A stretch of 64,000 nt of DNA. Origin: Bacteroidota bacterium. Its GTDB lineage: Bacteria; Bacteroidota; Bacteroidia; Bacteroidales; JAADJA01. The translations under genes were made by a program, and so were the position numbers. The DNA is taken from assembly GCA_020444515.1 (NCBI GenBank), contig JAHLKX010000008.1, forward strand, positions 46,070 to 110,069, given 5' to 3'. Below are positions 52,808-62,063 of this stretch, in pieces; the stretch's first letter is position 1, and each line of letters opens with the position of its first letter. A model generated the notes under the pieces. That model had not been told where the DNA came from, did not search any database, and was given only the letters and a program-made list of their open reading frames with translations.

Positions 52808-53550
52808 TATTTCACTATCTGTTCACTCGTTTTACCAAATCTGCGTTCTCTCTTCTGAAAATCAATGATGGCTTCATACAGGTCTTCTTTCCTGAATTCA
52901 GGCCAATACTTGGGTGTAAAATACAGCTCTGAATAGGCGATTTGCCATAATAAAAAGTTACTGATCCTGTATTCACCACTGGTTCGGATGAGCAGCTCCG
53001 GATCGGGGATATCTTTGGTTGTCATGTAGGAGCTGATCAATTCCTGATTGATTTGCGCCGGATCCACAATTCCAGCTTTAACATCAGATGCAATCTGGTT
53101 CATAGCTCTAGTAATTTCCCAACGAGAGCTGTAACTCAGTGCCAGGATCATGGCCATCCGGTCGTGGTGTGCAGTTTCTTTAATGGCCTCCATCAATTCC
53201 CGATGGGTTATATCCGGTAAATTATCAAGGTTGCCAACGGCCAACAATCGGATATTGTTATCGTGAAGCGTTTTGGTTTCTTTGTGAATGGTCTGAACCA
53301 ATAACTTCATGAGGGCGGTCACCTCAGCCCGGGGTCGTTTCCAATTCTCCGTAGAGAAAGCATACAGGGTGAGATAATTTATACCCAGTTCAGCTGCAGC
53401 TTCAGCAGTTTCACGAACCGAAGTAACACCATGCCGGTGACCAAAAACCCGGGGCTTGCCTCGCTGCCTGGCCCATCTTCCGTTGCCATCCATAATGATG
53501 GCAATATGCGCTGGTAAACGATCCGGATCTATTTTATCTTTTAAACTCAT
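52807..53550 (-). CDS. uppS: Undecaprenyl diphosphate synthase
   Basis: 'HIAIIMDGNGRWA', 'YAFSTENWKRP', 'LIRTSGEYRISNFLLWQ', 'RERRFG'. Confidence 0.97.
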   Translation of the reverse strand: MSLKDKIDPDRLPAHIAIIMDGNGRWARQRGKPRVFGHRHGVTSVRETAEAAAELGINYLTLYAFSTENWKRPRAEVTALMKLLVQTIHKETKTLHDNNIRLLAVGNLDNLPDITHRELMEAIKETAHHDRMAMILALSYSSRWEITRAMNQIASDVKAGIVDPAQINQELISSYMTTKDIPDPELLIRTSGEYRISNFLLWQIAYSELYFTPKYWPEFRKEDLYEAIIDFQKRERRFGKTSEQIVK

Positions 53551-53571
53551 GAATGGTGTTTCATCCTCCTG

Positions 53572-54399
53572 TTAATACCGCTGCTCAAAATCTGAACACT
53601 TATTCTTGTTTCTCAAATCAATATAGTATGTTATGGTAAGACCTGCAAAGGAATACCAATCTGTTGTCTTCGAATTTCCCCGCTGCATCCATGGATCATG
53701 GTTTCTATTCGGATCAGAATATTGTTGCTCCAGATAATCCGGATCCGTAGGATCCAGGTCAGCAGGCAAATAATACGTTTTACTTACATCATCAATGTAA
53801 TCAAAAAAGGTTTTCCTCATCCCCCATTCCAGGGAAGCAGCAATCCGTTCCGAAAAACTGTATTTAACACCGATCCCGAAAGGAATGCCCAAAACAAAAT
53901 CACCATAGTCTTTACGTTCAACCGATTCGCCTTTTATGGCCTCAAGGTAAGCAGAATTATCCTGGCCTTCTGTTCCAAAGTCCTGCAGGTCTTTTTCATC
54001 CAATTGCGGATTGTGATGCAACATGGCAACTCCCGTAAAAAGATAAGGTGTCCAGTATTCTTTCATGCTACCATTGAAATACGACAAAAAGTGAAATTCC
54101 ATGGTGAAACCCAGTTCAGTGATATCATTGGTAAACGAGAGGGAACGTTCCGGCAAAAAACCACTCTTCGCATCATTACCAGTCAATTTCCCCTGGTATA
54201 AATTTAATTTGGCTGCCCACCGTGAACTGAGATTGTAACGGGCTAGTATACCAAAGGCAACATTGGTTTGCAAAAAAGGAACATTGGGATTCAGATCACC
54301 TTGATAATAGGAACCTCCTCCAAAGAGGCCTACTTCAAGTTGCGCCTTGCCCGAAAAAGAAACAACTGCAAGTAAAACGAACAGAATAAGATTTCTCAT
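53572..54399 (-). CDS. porG: DUF6089 / PorG-like outer-membrane beta-barrel (T9SS-associated)
   Basis: 'E.GLFGG.SYY.GDL', 'IPFGIG.KY', 'R.TF.D.IDD', 'D.YSF.G.TITY'; position directly upstream of uppS-bamA-skp-skp matches the porG locus. Confidence 0.7.
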   Translation of the reverse strand: MRNLILFVLLAVVSFSGKAQLEVGLFGGGSYYQGDLNPNVPFLQTNVAFGILARYNLSSRWAAKLNLYQGKLTGNDAKSGFLPERSLSFTNDITELGFTMEFHFLSYFNGSMKEYWTPYLFTGVAMLHHNPQLDEKDLQDFGTEGQDNSAYLEAIKGESVERKDYGDFVLGIPFGIGVKYSFSERIAASLEWGMRKTFFDYIDDVSKTYYLPADLDPTDPDYLEQQYSDPNRNHDPWMQRGNSKTTDWYSFAGLTITYYIDLRNKNKCSDFEQRY

Positions 54400-54489
54400 A
54401 ATTTGCCGCAAAAATAGCGTTTTTCTTTATATTGTATCATGGCCCGGCAATTCCATAAAAAATGACTTTTCCGGGTGGTTCATTGTTTG

Positions 54490-55368
54490 TTAATTTCTGA
54501 TGTCGAGACCCCACATCAATTTATCCCGAATGGTTTTAAAATAGCTTTCTTCTGCAAGCCTGACAAGATTGATCTTAAAATCTTCACGATTGATCACGAG
54601 TTCCATGGAAGAATCCACCAGTACGGACCGGGAATCGAGATTGACATAAAATTCTTTGACTCTCCCCACAACTTTTATCCTGATTTGAGAACTGTCAGGG
54701 ATAACGATAGGCCTCACGGTTAAATTGTGCGTGGCAATGGGCGTGATCACAAAATTCTGTGAACCCGGTAATATGATTGGTCCACCGTTGCTCAGCGAAT
54801 AAGCTGTTGATCCGGTGGGCGTGCTCACGATCAGTCCGTCGGCCCAATAAGAATTCAAAAACTCGTCATCCACAAAAGCCTGTATTTTCAGCATCGATTG
54901 CGGTGATTTCCGGTAGACGCTCAACTCGTTCATGGCATAATTCATCTCGCCGAAAAGATGTTCACTGGTTTCCAATCGAAGCAAGGTCCTTTTATCCAAT
55001 ACAAATTTTTTGTCAAGCATTGCATGGATAGCCGGGATGATCCGATCGCGGGCAATGGAGGACAAAAAGCCCATGCGCCCGAGGTTGATCCCTAAAATAG
55101 GAATACCTGATTCACGCACCAATGAAATGGTATCGAGCAAAGTGCCGTCTCCTCCAATGGAAAACAAGAAGTCAACTTTTCCTTCCAATTCATCATGGGT
55201 TTTAAAAAACTTCACACCATCCGGAACAAAAATCTGTTGCTTTATCTTTTCGAAAAAGGGTTCATAAAACATGATCCCACAATTTTTAGAATGCAATTCA
55301 TGGATGATGGTTTGAATGTACTGAATACTTTCTTCGGGAATAGTTTTACTGAAGATTGCTATGTTCAT
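54490..55368 (-). CDS. nadK: NAD kinase
   Basis: 'GGDGTLL', 'GINLGRMGFL', 'NE', 'DGLIVSTPTGSTAYSLS.GGP'. Start refined to 55368. Confidence 0.96.
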   Translation of the reverse strand: MNIAIFSKTIPEESIQYIQTIIHELHSKNCGIMFYEPFFEKIKQQIFVPDGVKFFKTHDELEGKVDFLFSIGGDGTLLDTISLVRESGIPILGINLGRMGFLSSIARDRIIPAIHAMLDKKFVLDKRTLLRLETSEHLFGEMNYAMNELSVYRKSPQSMLKIQAFVDDEFLNSYWADGLIVSTPTGSTAYSLSNGGPIILPGSQNFVITPIATHNLTVRPIVIPDSSQIRIKVVGRVKEFYVNLDSRSVLVDSSMELVINREDFKINLVRLAEESYFKTIRDKLMWGLDIRN

Positions 55369-55478
55369 GGGATTTTGCACTAAACTAACTACCAGTCTTA
55401 ATTGTGCAAGATTACAAAATAAACCTGAAAATCAGATGCTTTTAACAAATATTATGAGAGTAATTGGGGCAAATAAAA

Positions 55479-56918
55479 TCAAATCGACGGCATAAAACTG
55501 ATAAAGAAACCCGACTCACCCATTTTATTAAAGGAATACTCGAGGCGGAGTACAAAATCGTAATAGGTTACAAAGTCGAGCCCGATGCCGTAACCGGTGA
55601 GTATTTCGTTGGAAAGCGGATTGGTGCTGATGTTCCGGTTATCAAAAACATAACCGAGGTCAGCATACAGGTTGAGGTAAAAAGCATAAAACAATTTATT
55701 GAACTTATCGGTGGGGATAAAGGGAAAGGTCATCTCCCGCATTTTCACCAACTCAAATTTGAGGTTGTTTTTGAGCAGGGCAAAGTGTTGCCCGTCGATC
55801 ACGTAATACTCGTATCCCCTCACATAATCACGGCCATAGCCCAGACCCTGCATGTAATAATAAGGTTGATCCCAGAAAGGCGATACTTTGCCCGAAAGCC
55901 CTGAAGCCCAGTAAAAGCGACCTTTTAAATGTTCATACTTGCGAATATTGGGTTTAATCTGGAGTACATTGACACCGGCATCAAAAAAGCCCAGCCCCTT
56001 CTTTTCAATATCCACATCGAAATAATAACCATTCAGGGGGTATTGTTTATAATCCCGGAAGTCGGTCCGGAAATGATAAAACAGGGTCATAAATTGATTG
56101 CGGGTTGCATTGCCAAAAGCGAAATCAGGGTTCAGTATGATGACCGAATCGGCAACCCTTAAATCGGTATAACCCACCATTCCCCGATGAAAATTATGAA
56201 TACTTTTTCGGTAATAAACCTCTGAGAATCCAAAATAGGTTTTTTGCGGGTAATAGTCTTCGTTTTTGAAATAAACCTCTTTATTGTCTTCTGAATTATA
56301 GGCGATCTCATGGTTTTGCGAAAAGCCACCTGCAAAACCAATTCCCAGGGTTTGTTTTTTATTGATATAGGGGATCTGGTAACTCACATTGTAATTTTCA
56401 TCGTATCCAAAACGGGTATAGACCACCACCTTTTCTCGGCGACCCCGGAAATTGTTCCAGGTGAGGAACATCCCGTAATTGAGGCGGTTCCAGTCTTTCT
56501 TTTTCAGCCATTCATTGAAGTTCCGGTCGGCAAATTCCAGGATGGGTACCGGCCAAATGTACCATCGTTCGATGAACGTAAAAGTAACCTCTGCCTTAAT
56601 GATGGCTTCACCGGAAATGATTTTTAGATCAGTCGTTACAAAATTAAACAAGGAAGTGTTCACCAGGTTTTTTCGGCTTTGTTCGGTTTTCGACCTCAAC
56701 TCAGTCATTGTCAGGGTATCCCCTTCCCTAAAAAGAATTTCTCGGTAAATGATCCGTTCTCGTGTAATCTTGTTTCCTGAAAGTCCGATGTTTTGGATCA
56801 CAACCACACTATCCATATCCACAGATGGTTGTTTTTCCTGACCCATTACATCAGTTTGAAAACCAGTAAAATATAGAAAAATTAAAAAGATGTAAAGTAT
56901 TTGCAATTTTCGGCTCAT
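55479..56918 (-). CDS. Omp85-family protein with a single POTRA domain
   Basis: POTRA 'I...GNKITRERII.RE..F.EGD...NL.NT.LFN', 'ERWYIWP', barrel with 'VRGYEYY', 'G.G.G.D..TYYD'. Confidence 0.82.
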   Translation of the reverse strand: MSRKLQILYIFLIFLYFTGFQTDVMGQEKQPSVDMDSVVVIQNIGLSGNKITRERIIYREILFREGDTLTMTELRSKTEQSRKNLVNTSLFNFVTTDLKIISGEAIIKAEVTFTFIERWYIWPVPILEFADRNFNEWLKKKDWNRLNYGMFLTWNNFRGRREKVVVYTRFGYDENYNVSYQIPYINKKQTLGIGFAGGFSQNHEIAYNSEDNKEVYFKNEDYYPQKTYFGFSEVYYRKSIHNFHRGMVGYTDLRVADSVIILNPDFAFGNATRNQFMTLFYHFRTDFRDYKQYPLNGYYFDVDIEKKGLGFFDAGVNVLQIKPNIRKYEHLKGRFYWASGLSGKVSPFWDQPYYYMQGLGYGRDYVRGYEYYVIDGQHFALLKNNLKFELVKMREMTFPFIPTDKFNKLFYAFYLNLYADLGYVFDNRNISTNPLSNEILTGYGIGLDFVTYYDFVLRLEYSFNKMGESGFFISFMPSI

Positions 56919-56921
56919 ATA

Positions 56922-57587
56922 TTATATGCTCAGGTACTTCATCAATGAATCATACCTATCTCGCAGGTCGTCATACATTTTTTCATCCTCCGTATACGTC
57001 GCCTTTATAATATAGTTATACCGATTAAAAGTCTGGATCAGAGCCTGTATTTCAATCGTATTCAATTTGAGCGTAATGTCCATCTTGGTGGAATCTTTAC
57101 TGGTCGACACAAACAAATTGAGCACTTTGGTATCTTGTGATTCAACAATGCGGGCTATTTCCGAAAGCACATAATCGTTGTGATTGACTTCTAGCACAAT
57201 GATCGCACCCGGATTGTTCACAGCAAGAATCTCACCCAGTCTTTCTACCATATCACTTTGCTGGATAAATCCCAGGTATTTTTCTTTTTCATCCAACACA
57301 GGCAACATGGTCAGTTTGGAAGCGGCCATGATTCGAATCACATCAAAGATATGATGGTAGTCGTAAACAAACTCCCTGTTGAATGTAAACTTCTGCTTTT
57401 TCAAGGGCAGGTCCGGATCATCCATGGTATACACATCCGATTCAGTAACCGACCCTTTGAGATTGGTTCCATCTACAACAGGCATATCCGATAATCGATT
57501 CTCATCGAGGTGATACAGAATATCTGTTCCCGTTTCATTAAAACGGATGGGCTCTATGGTTGTCGTTATAAAATGTTTTGCAATCAT
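56922..57587 (-). CDS. CBS-domain protein (CBS pair + ACT-like)
   Basis: 'MPVVD....G', 'LPVLDE..KYLG', C-terminal 'PGAIIVLE...DY.LSEI.RIVES' and 'RYDSLMKYL.I'. Confidence 0.85.
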   Translation of the reverse strand: MIAKHFITTTIEPIRFNETGTDILYHLDENRLSDMPVVDGTNLKGSVTESDVYTMDDPDLPLKKQKFTFNREFVYDYHHIFDVIRIMAASKLTMLPVLDEKEKYLGFIQQSDMVERLGEILAVNNPGAIIVLEVNHNDYVLSEIARIVESQDTKVLNLFVSTSKDSTKMDITLKLNTIEIQALIQTFNRYNYIIKATYTEDEKMYDDLRDRYDSLMKYLSI

Positions 57588-57639
57588 CTGATCTTTGCTT
57601 TCTGGATAAATTATTTTTCATTAAACGGTAAAAAAACAA

Positions 57640-58581
57640 TTAAAGTCTAAAATCCTTTTCTGTTTTTTCCCAGTAATTATCAGTTAGTATGGTTAAATAG
57701 TTTTCATAGCGGCTCAAACTGATCTCCCCTTTTTCAAGAGCCTCCAGCACCGCACAGCCCGGTTCATGCACGTGCGTACAATTGTTGAATCGGCAATCAT
57801 GCATATATTTTCGCATCTCCGGAAACCGCTCGGCGATCTCCTTACGTGAAAAATCAGTCAGCCCGAATTCTTTGATACCCGGCGTATCAATGATAAATCC
57901 ACCAAACGACAGCGGAAACATCTCGGCGAAAGTGGTGGTATGAATGCCCTTTTGATGATAGGCTGAAATCGCTTTGGTTTTAAGATCCAAAGCAGGCTCA
58001 ATGGCATTGATCATAGCCGATTTCCCAACTCCTGAGTGACCGGTTATCAGTGACTTTTTATTTTTTAAAGTGGCTTTAACCTCATCCAGGTGATCACCAC
58101 GAACGGCAGATACCGATATCACCTTATATTCCGCATCACGATAGACCGATTCGAGTTGTTCCAACTTTTTCATTTGTTGATCATTGTACAGATCAATCTT
58201 ATTAAAAATGATCACACCGGGGATATGATAGGCTTCAGCCGTAACCAGTATTCGATCGATGAAGCCAGTACTGGTGCGGGGCTGGGCAAGGGTAGCCAAT
58301 ACACAAACCTGATCAACATTGGCCGCAATGATATGAGATACCTTGGAAAGCTTGGTAGCTTTGCGGATGATATAATTCTCACGGGGATGAATGGTCCTGA
58401 TCAATCCGGTTTTTTCTTCATCCATTAATTCAAAGTCAACCACATCCCCTACCGCCACCGGGTTGGTCGATTTAATTCCACGGATCCTGAAATTGCCTTT
58501 TAATTTGCAATTGTAAACTTCGCCGTCGTCCGTTCGGACATATAGCCAGCTTCCCGTTGATTTTATGACAATTCCCTGCAT
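57640..58581 (-). CDS. rsgA: Ribosome small subunit-dependent GTPase A
   Basis: OB 'GIVIKSTGSW', circularly permuted GTPase 'NKIDL...GHSGVGKS...HTTT...DTPG', Zn site 'C.F.NC.H..EPGCAV'. Start refined to 58581. Confidence 0.96.
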   Translation of the reverse strand: MQGIVIKSTGSWLYVRTDDGEVYNCKLKGNFRIRGIKSTNPVAVGDVVDFELMDEEKTGLIRTIHPRENYIIRKATKLSKVSHIIAANVDQVCVLATLAQPRTSTGFIDRILVTAEAYHIPGVIIFNKIDLYNDQQMKKLEQLESVYRDAEYKVISVSAVRGDHLDEVKATLKNKKSLITGHSGVGKSAMINAIEPALDLKTKAISAYHQKGIHTTTFAEMFPLSFGGFIIDTPGIKEFGLTDFSRKEIAERFPEMRKYMHDCRFNNCTHVHEPGCAVLEALEKGEISLSRYENYLTILTDNYWEKTEKDFRL

Positions 58582-58597
58582 GATCCCGTGTTCCGTT

Positions 58598-58870
58598 TCA
58601 GGAAAAACGATAGTGTTTACGAATGGGTTTTTTAACATCCCAAACACAAGTTAACCCTTGTTTAAAAGTTACAAAATCACCGGGTTTGATGGATACGCTT
58701 CCGGCCGGTGTTTCAACAACCACCTCTCCCTCCAGGATCAAACATTCTTCATCGCTATCATAATGCCAGTCGAAACGCGAAATTTCCTTTTCCCATATCG
58801 GCCATGTATCAATTTCTTTTTGCCGGCGTTCTTCTGGACTCAGTTTTTGAATAAGGATAGATTGCTCCAT
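58598..58870 (-). CDS. Cupin (DUF861/EutQ-like) protein
   Basis: 'W.IWEKE...FDW.YD..E.C.ILEG.V.V......I..GD.V.F..G..C.WDV...IRKHY'. Start refined to 58870. Confidence 0.85.
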   Translation of the reverse strand: MEQSILIQKLSPEERRQKEIDTWPIWEKEISRFDWHYDSDEECLILEGEVVVETPAGSVSIKPGDFVTFKQGLTCVWDVKKPIRKHYRFS

Positions 58871-58971
58871 ACCTGATTTTTGATTTCCGGTAAAATTACA
58901 AGTTTTCCTGGTACTGCTCATGAATAGATATGGATATATATTAATTTTGGAACCAAAACTGATAACATTAA

Positions 58972-59406
58972 ATGCGTCTTATGCCTGAAAAACTATCCTT
59001 TCAAGAATTTCGCAATATCTATGGAAAAGTACCCCGCCTGTGTGTTGATCTATTCATGAGAGGGACAAATGGATTCCTGCTCAGTTTGCGGGACATTGAA
59101 CCCGGAAAAGGATTATGGCACATGCCTGGCGGCACCGTACTCATGGGCGAAAATATCCGGGATGCACTGGCGAGGATCGCCTCCGAAGAAACCAACCTCA
59201 AGATCAAAATAGTAGATAGGATGGGGGTTATGGAATTCAACAAAAAGGAAAATCCATTTTATCATACCGTAAGTTTGGTTTACGAAGTGGAAATCATCAG
59301 TGGTAATTTAAAAGGGAGTGAACAAGGCAAGCAATTAAAATTCTTTAATGAAATTCCGGAAAAGATGATCCCCGAACAAAAGGAGTTTCTTAAGCATTTT
59401 TTATAG
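58972..59406 (+). CDS. NUDIX hydrolase
   Basis: 'PGG.V..GE....A..R...EET' Nudix box with 'R..EP.KG.W'. Confidence 0.85.
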   Translation: MRLMPEKLSFQEFRNIYGKVPRLCVDLFMRGTNGFLLSLRDIEPGKGLWHMPGGTVLMGENIRDALARIASEETNLKIKIVDRMGVMEFNKKENPFYHTVSLVYEVEIISGNLKGSEQGKQLKFFNEIPEKMIPEQKEFLKHFL

Positions 59407-59415
59407 AACCCGGTT

Positions 59416-60012
59416 TTAATCTTCTTCCATCAAATGCTCAATGAGTGAAAATACCTCCTCCCGTCCCCGTTTGCTGGTTGCCGAGGTAATAACCGACAGG
59501 GGTGGTTCCTCCCAAAATTCCAAAAGTTTTTCACGATAAATTTTTAGATTGTGTTGCAATTTCGCTTTGGTAGGTTTATCGGCTTTGGTAAACAACAATA
59601 CAAACGGTAAGCCCCGCTCACCAAACCAGGATATAAAATCCAGGTCAATGGTCATGGGTTCATGCCGCGCATCAATTAAAATGAATGTGTTCACCAGGTT
59701 CTGACGATTTTCCAGGTAACGGTAGATCATTTTCTCCCAGGCTTCCCTGTTTTTTTTAGAGGTCTTTGCAAAGCCATATCCCGGCAAATCTACCAGGTAC
59801 CAGGCCTCATTGATCAGAAAATGATTGATCAACCGCGTTTTACCCGGAGTCCCGGAAGTCTTGGCCAGGTTCTTCCGCCCGGTGAGCATATTGATCAGTG
59901 AAGATTTGCCAACATTGGATCGTCCGATAAATGCAAACTCCGGAAATTTCGGCTCGGGACATAAATCAAAAGAAGGACTGCTTTTTATAAATTTAGCCTC
60001 GTGGATGATCAT
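59416..60012 (-). CDS. engB: Ribosome biogenesis GTP-binding protein YihA/YsxC
   Basis: 'GRSNVGKSSLIN', 'TPGKT', 'DLPGYG', 'TKAD'. Confidence 0.96.
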   Translation of the reverse strand: MIIHEAKFIKSSPSFDLCPEPKFPEFAFIGRSNVGKSSLINMLTGRKNLAKTSGTPGKTRLINHFLINEAWYLVDLPGYGFAKTSKKNREAWEKMIYRYLENRQNLVNTFILIDARHEPMTIDLDFISWFGERGLPFVLLFTKADKPTKAKLQHNLKIYREKLLEFWEEPPLSVITSATSKRGREEVFSLIEHLMEED

Positions 60013-60015
60013 CTT

Positions 60016-60966
60016 TTAGCTTTCACTTTCAGGTTTGGATTCTTTTTTAAAGCTGGAAACATGCCTGTCTTTTTTATAATCATAAATATCGGCAATGGTG
60101 ATCATAATAGCAGTTTCTTCCACATCGCCAAAAGAGGCATTGATTGAGGTTCCGAATATCCGCATGGAACCTGATAGGTTCATGTATGCGTTCACCAGGG
60201 GTGGGATCTGCTCACCCAATCGCCTCACCTTTTGCACTAAAATGCGGTAATCCTCATCATAATTGGCACCAGAAAAAATGCTTTGTAAAACCTTATCGCG
60301 GGTTTGGATCAGCAAGGGCTCACGCGGCATCACCAGCTTTTCTGGATCCGGAAAATATTTGTGCATAAAATAAAGGATCATATCCCGAGCAAAAGAATCA
60401 TAACTGGGATACATGGTAATTTTACCAAAGAAGTATTTAACTTCAGGCCTCAATATGGTAATGGCACCCAATCCGTCCCACAAATTATCAAGGGAGTACA
60501 TTCCCTTGCGTAAATTCACAGTGGGTTGATAAATGGGTTGCACAAATGAGCGGCCCAATTCAAAGGTCAGGGGCCAGTATTTATCGATGTAGGTCTTGCT
60601 AAACTCAAACAACTTACTGGTGGGGGTCATGGGCTGACCGTCCTGATCATTTGCCACATCTTTCCCAAGGACGAAGCGGTAGCCACCTACAATTTCCTGA
60701 TCTTCCGGATTCCATACGATGAGCTGTTTAAAAGGGATTTCTGCCGTATCATAATCGTCGATATCACAGCATTTTCCGGTACCGCCACTGGCATCGCGGA
60801 AGGTAAGCTCACGCAGCCTGCCCAGCTCACGCATCAGGTTGGGGGCCTGGTCATGGGTGAAAATATAGATCTGGTTGTGTCCATTGTTGGTATCACGGAC
60901 AAACAACTCCTTGGTCAGTTCTTTCTTCAACAGGGTCCTGTCGACCGGTGGAATGATGGTTTCCAT
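60016..60966 (-). CDS. glsB: GNAT N-acyltransferase, GlsB/ChoA-like (N-acyl amino acid / glycine lipid synthase)
   Basis: 'IIPPVDR.LLKKELT', 'LGRLRE.TFR..GGTGK..DID', 'GGYR', 'ELGRSFV', 'LDNLWDGLG', 'IPPLVNAYM.LS'; paired with an O-acyltransferase. Confidence 0.75.
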   Translation of the reverse strand: METIIPPVDRTLLKKELTKELFVRDTNNGHNQIYIFTHDQAPNLMRELGRLRELTFRDASGGTGKCCDIDDYDTAEIPFKQLIVWNPEDQEIVGGYRFVLGKDVANDQDGQPMTPTSKLFEFSKTYIDKYWPLTFELGRSFVQPIYQPTVNLRKGMYSLDNLWDGLGAITILRPEVKYFFGKITMYPSYDSFARDMILYFMHKYFPDPEKLVMPREPLLIQTRDKVLQSIFSGANYDEDYRILVQKVRRLGEQIPPLVNAYMNLSGSMRIFGTSINASFGDVEETAIMITIADIYDYKKDRHVSSFKKESKPESES

Positions 60967-60984
60967 ATTGTATTGAGGTTCGTT

Positions 60985-61851
60985 TTACAGTTCATATTCT
61001 TTATCTGGATCGAAGGGCTCGGTCAATCCTTCACCCATGGCATATACATACCGCTTGATCTGATTGGCCCATTCGGCAAAATTATAACGTTTATCAAAGG
61101 TTTGATAAGGTATGGGTTTGCCAAACAGGATGTGGACCGTTTTATTTTTCTGTTTAAACATCTCATCGGGCAGGTAAAGCATTTCGATGTTGGCCTTGAT
61201 ATTTAAACGCTTGCGTAAATTGGCCAGGTTATAAAAAAAGTTTGAATTGCGGCCATCCACATAGGTCGGAATGATATCGCGTTTATACTTTTTCGCTTTC
61301 GAAATAAAGGTGGTTTTCCATTCCAGGTCTTCAATGGTTCCTTTTTGCTTACGAGAAACCAGACCCGCCGGGAAATACAACATCAATTTATCGGATTCAA
61401 AAGTCTGATGAATGATCTGCAGGTTTTCGGTGTTGCTGCCATGTTTGTTGATGGGGATGAACAGGGGCTTCAGGCTGGGCAAAAACAACAACAGGTCATT
61501 CACCGGAAAAACAATGTCCTTTCGGATCTTACCTACTTCATGCATGAGGGCAATACCGTCCAAACCGCCCAGGGGATGATTGGCCGCAATGATATAGCGA
61601 CCGGTCTGAGGAATATTCTCTGTTCCGCTCACCTCCAGATTTACACCGAATCCTTCAATGAGTTTTTCCACAAAATCCAGCCCTACCCTGTCCCGGTAAT
61701 TATACAAAATACCATTGATCTCTTTTTCGTGGATGACCCTTCGCAGATAACTATAGATAAAACCCGGAATGAGTTTTGCCAAATTCGGACTTTTTTCTCT
61801 GAATATTTTTTCGAGGTTGATGGTCCGTTCCGTAATTTTTAAATCTTCCAT
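60985..61851 (-). CDS. glsA: PlsC-family O-acyltransferase, GlsA/ChoB-like
   Basis: 'NHPLGGLDG' (HX4D), 'FPAGLVSR', 'W...FI..A', 'EMLYLPDEM'. Start refined to 61851, downstream of a TAATTTTG promoter. Confidence 0.72.
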   Translation of the reverse strand: MEDLKITERTINLEKIFREKSPNLAKLIPGFIYSYLRRVIHEKEINGILYNYRDRVGLDFVEKLIEGFGVNLEVSGTENIPQTGRYIIAANHPLGGLDGIALMHEVGKIRKDIVFPVNDLLLFLPSLKPLFIPINKHGSNTENLQIIHQTFESDKLMLYFPAGLVSRKQKGTIEDLEWKTTFISKAKKYKRDIIPTYVDGRNSNFFYNLANLRKRLNIKANIEMLYLPDEMFKQKNKTVHILFGKPIPYQTFDKRYNFAEWANQIKRYVYAMGEGLTEPFDPDKEYEL

Positions 61852-62063
61852 TTGAGTCGGCCTGTTCAAATGCAAAATTACTGAATAATCGATTAATGTG
61901 AACAGATTTGAATTCAGTCTGGTGTTTCCAATAAAAACGGGGGATCAATTCCGGTTGCACACACAATCGCATCATTCACAGCAACAGGGGTATTTTGTGA
62001 TTCTGCAATTAAAACAAGGATTGCGAAAACAATAGACAGTAAAAGTGTTTTTATAGCTCAAGA

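Noticed and set aside
53547-53571. Mini-ORF MKHHS* with AGGAGG overlapping the uppS start
   Set aside because: AGGAGG directly abuts the mini-ORF ATG and is 14 nt from the uppS ATG; neither spacing is functional, so it is probably chance.
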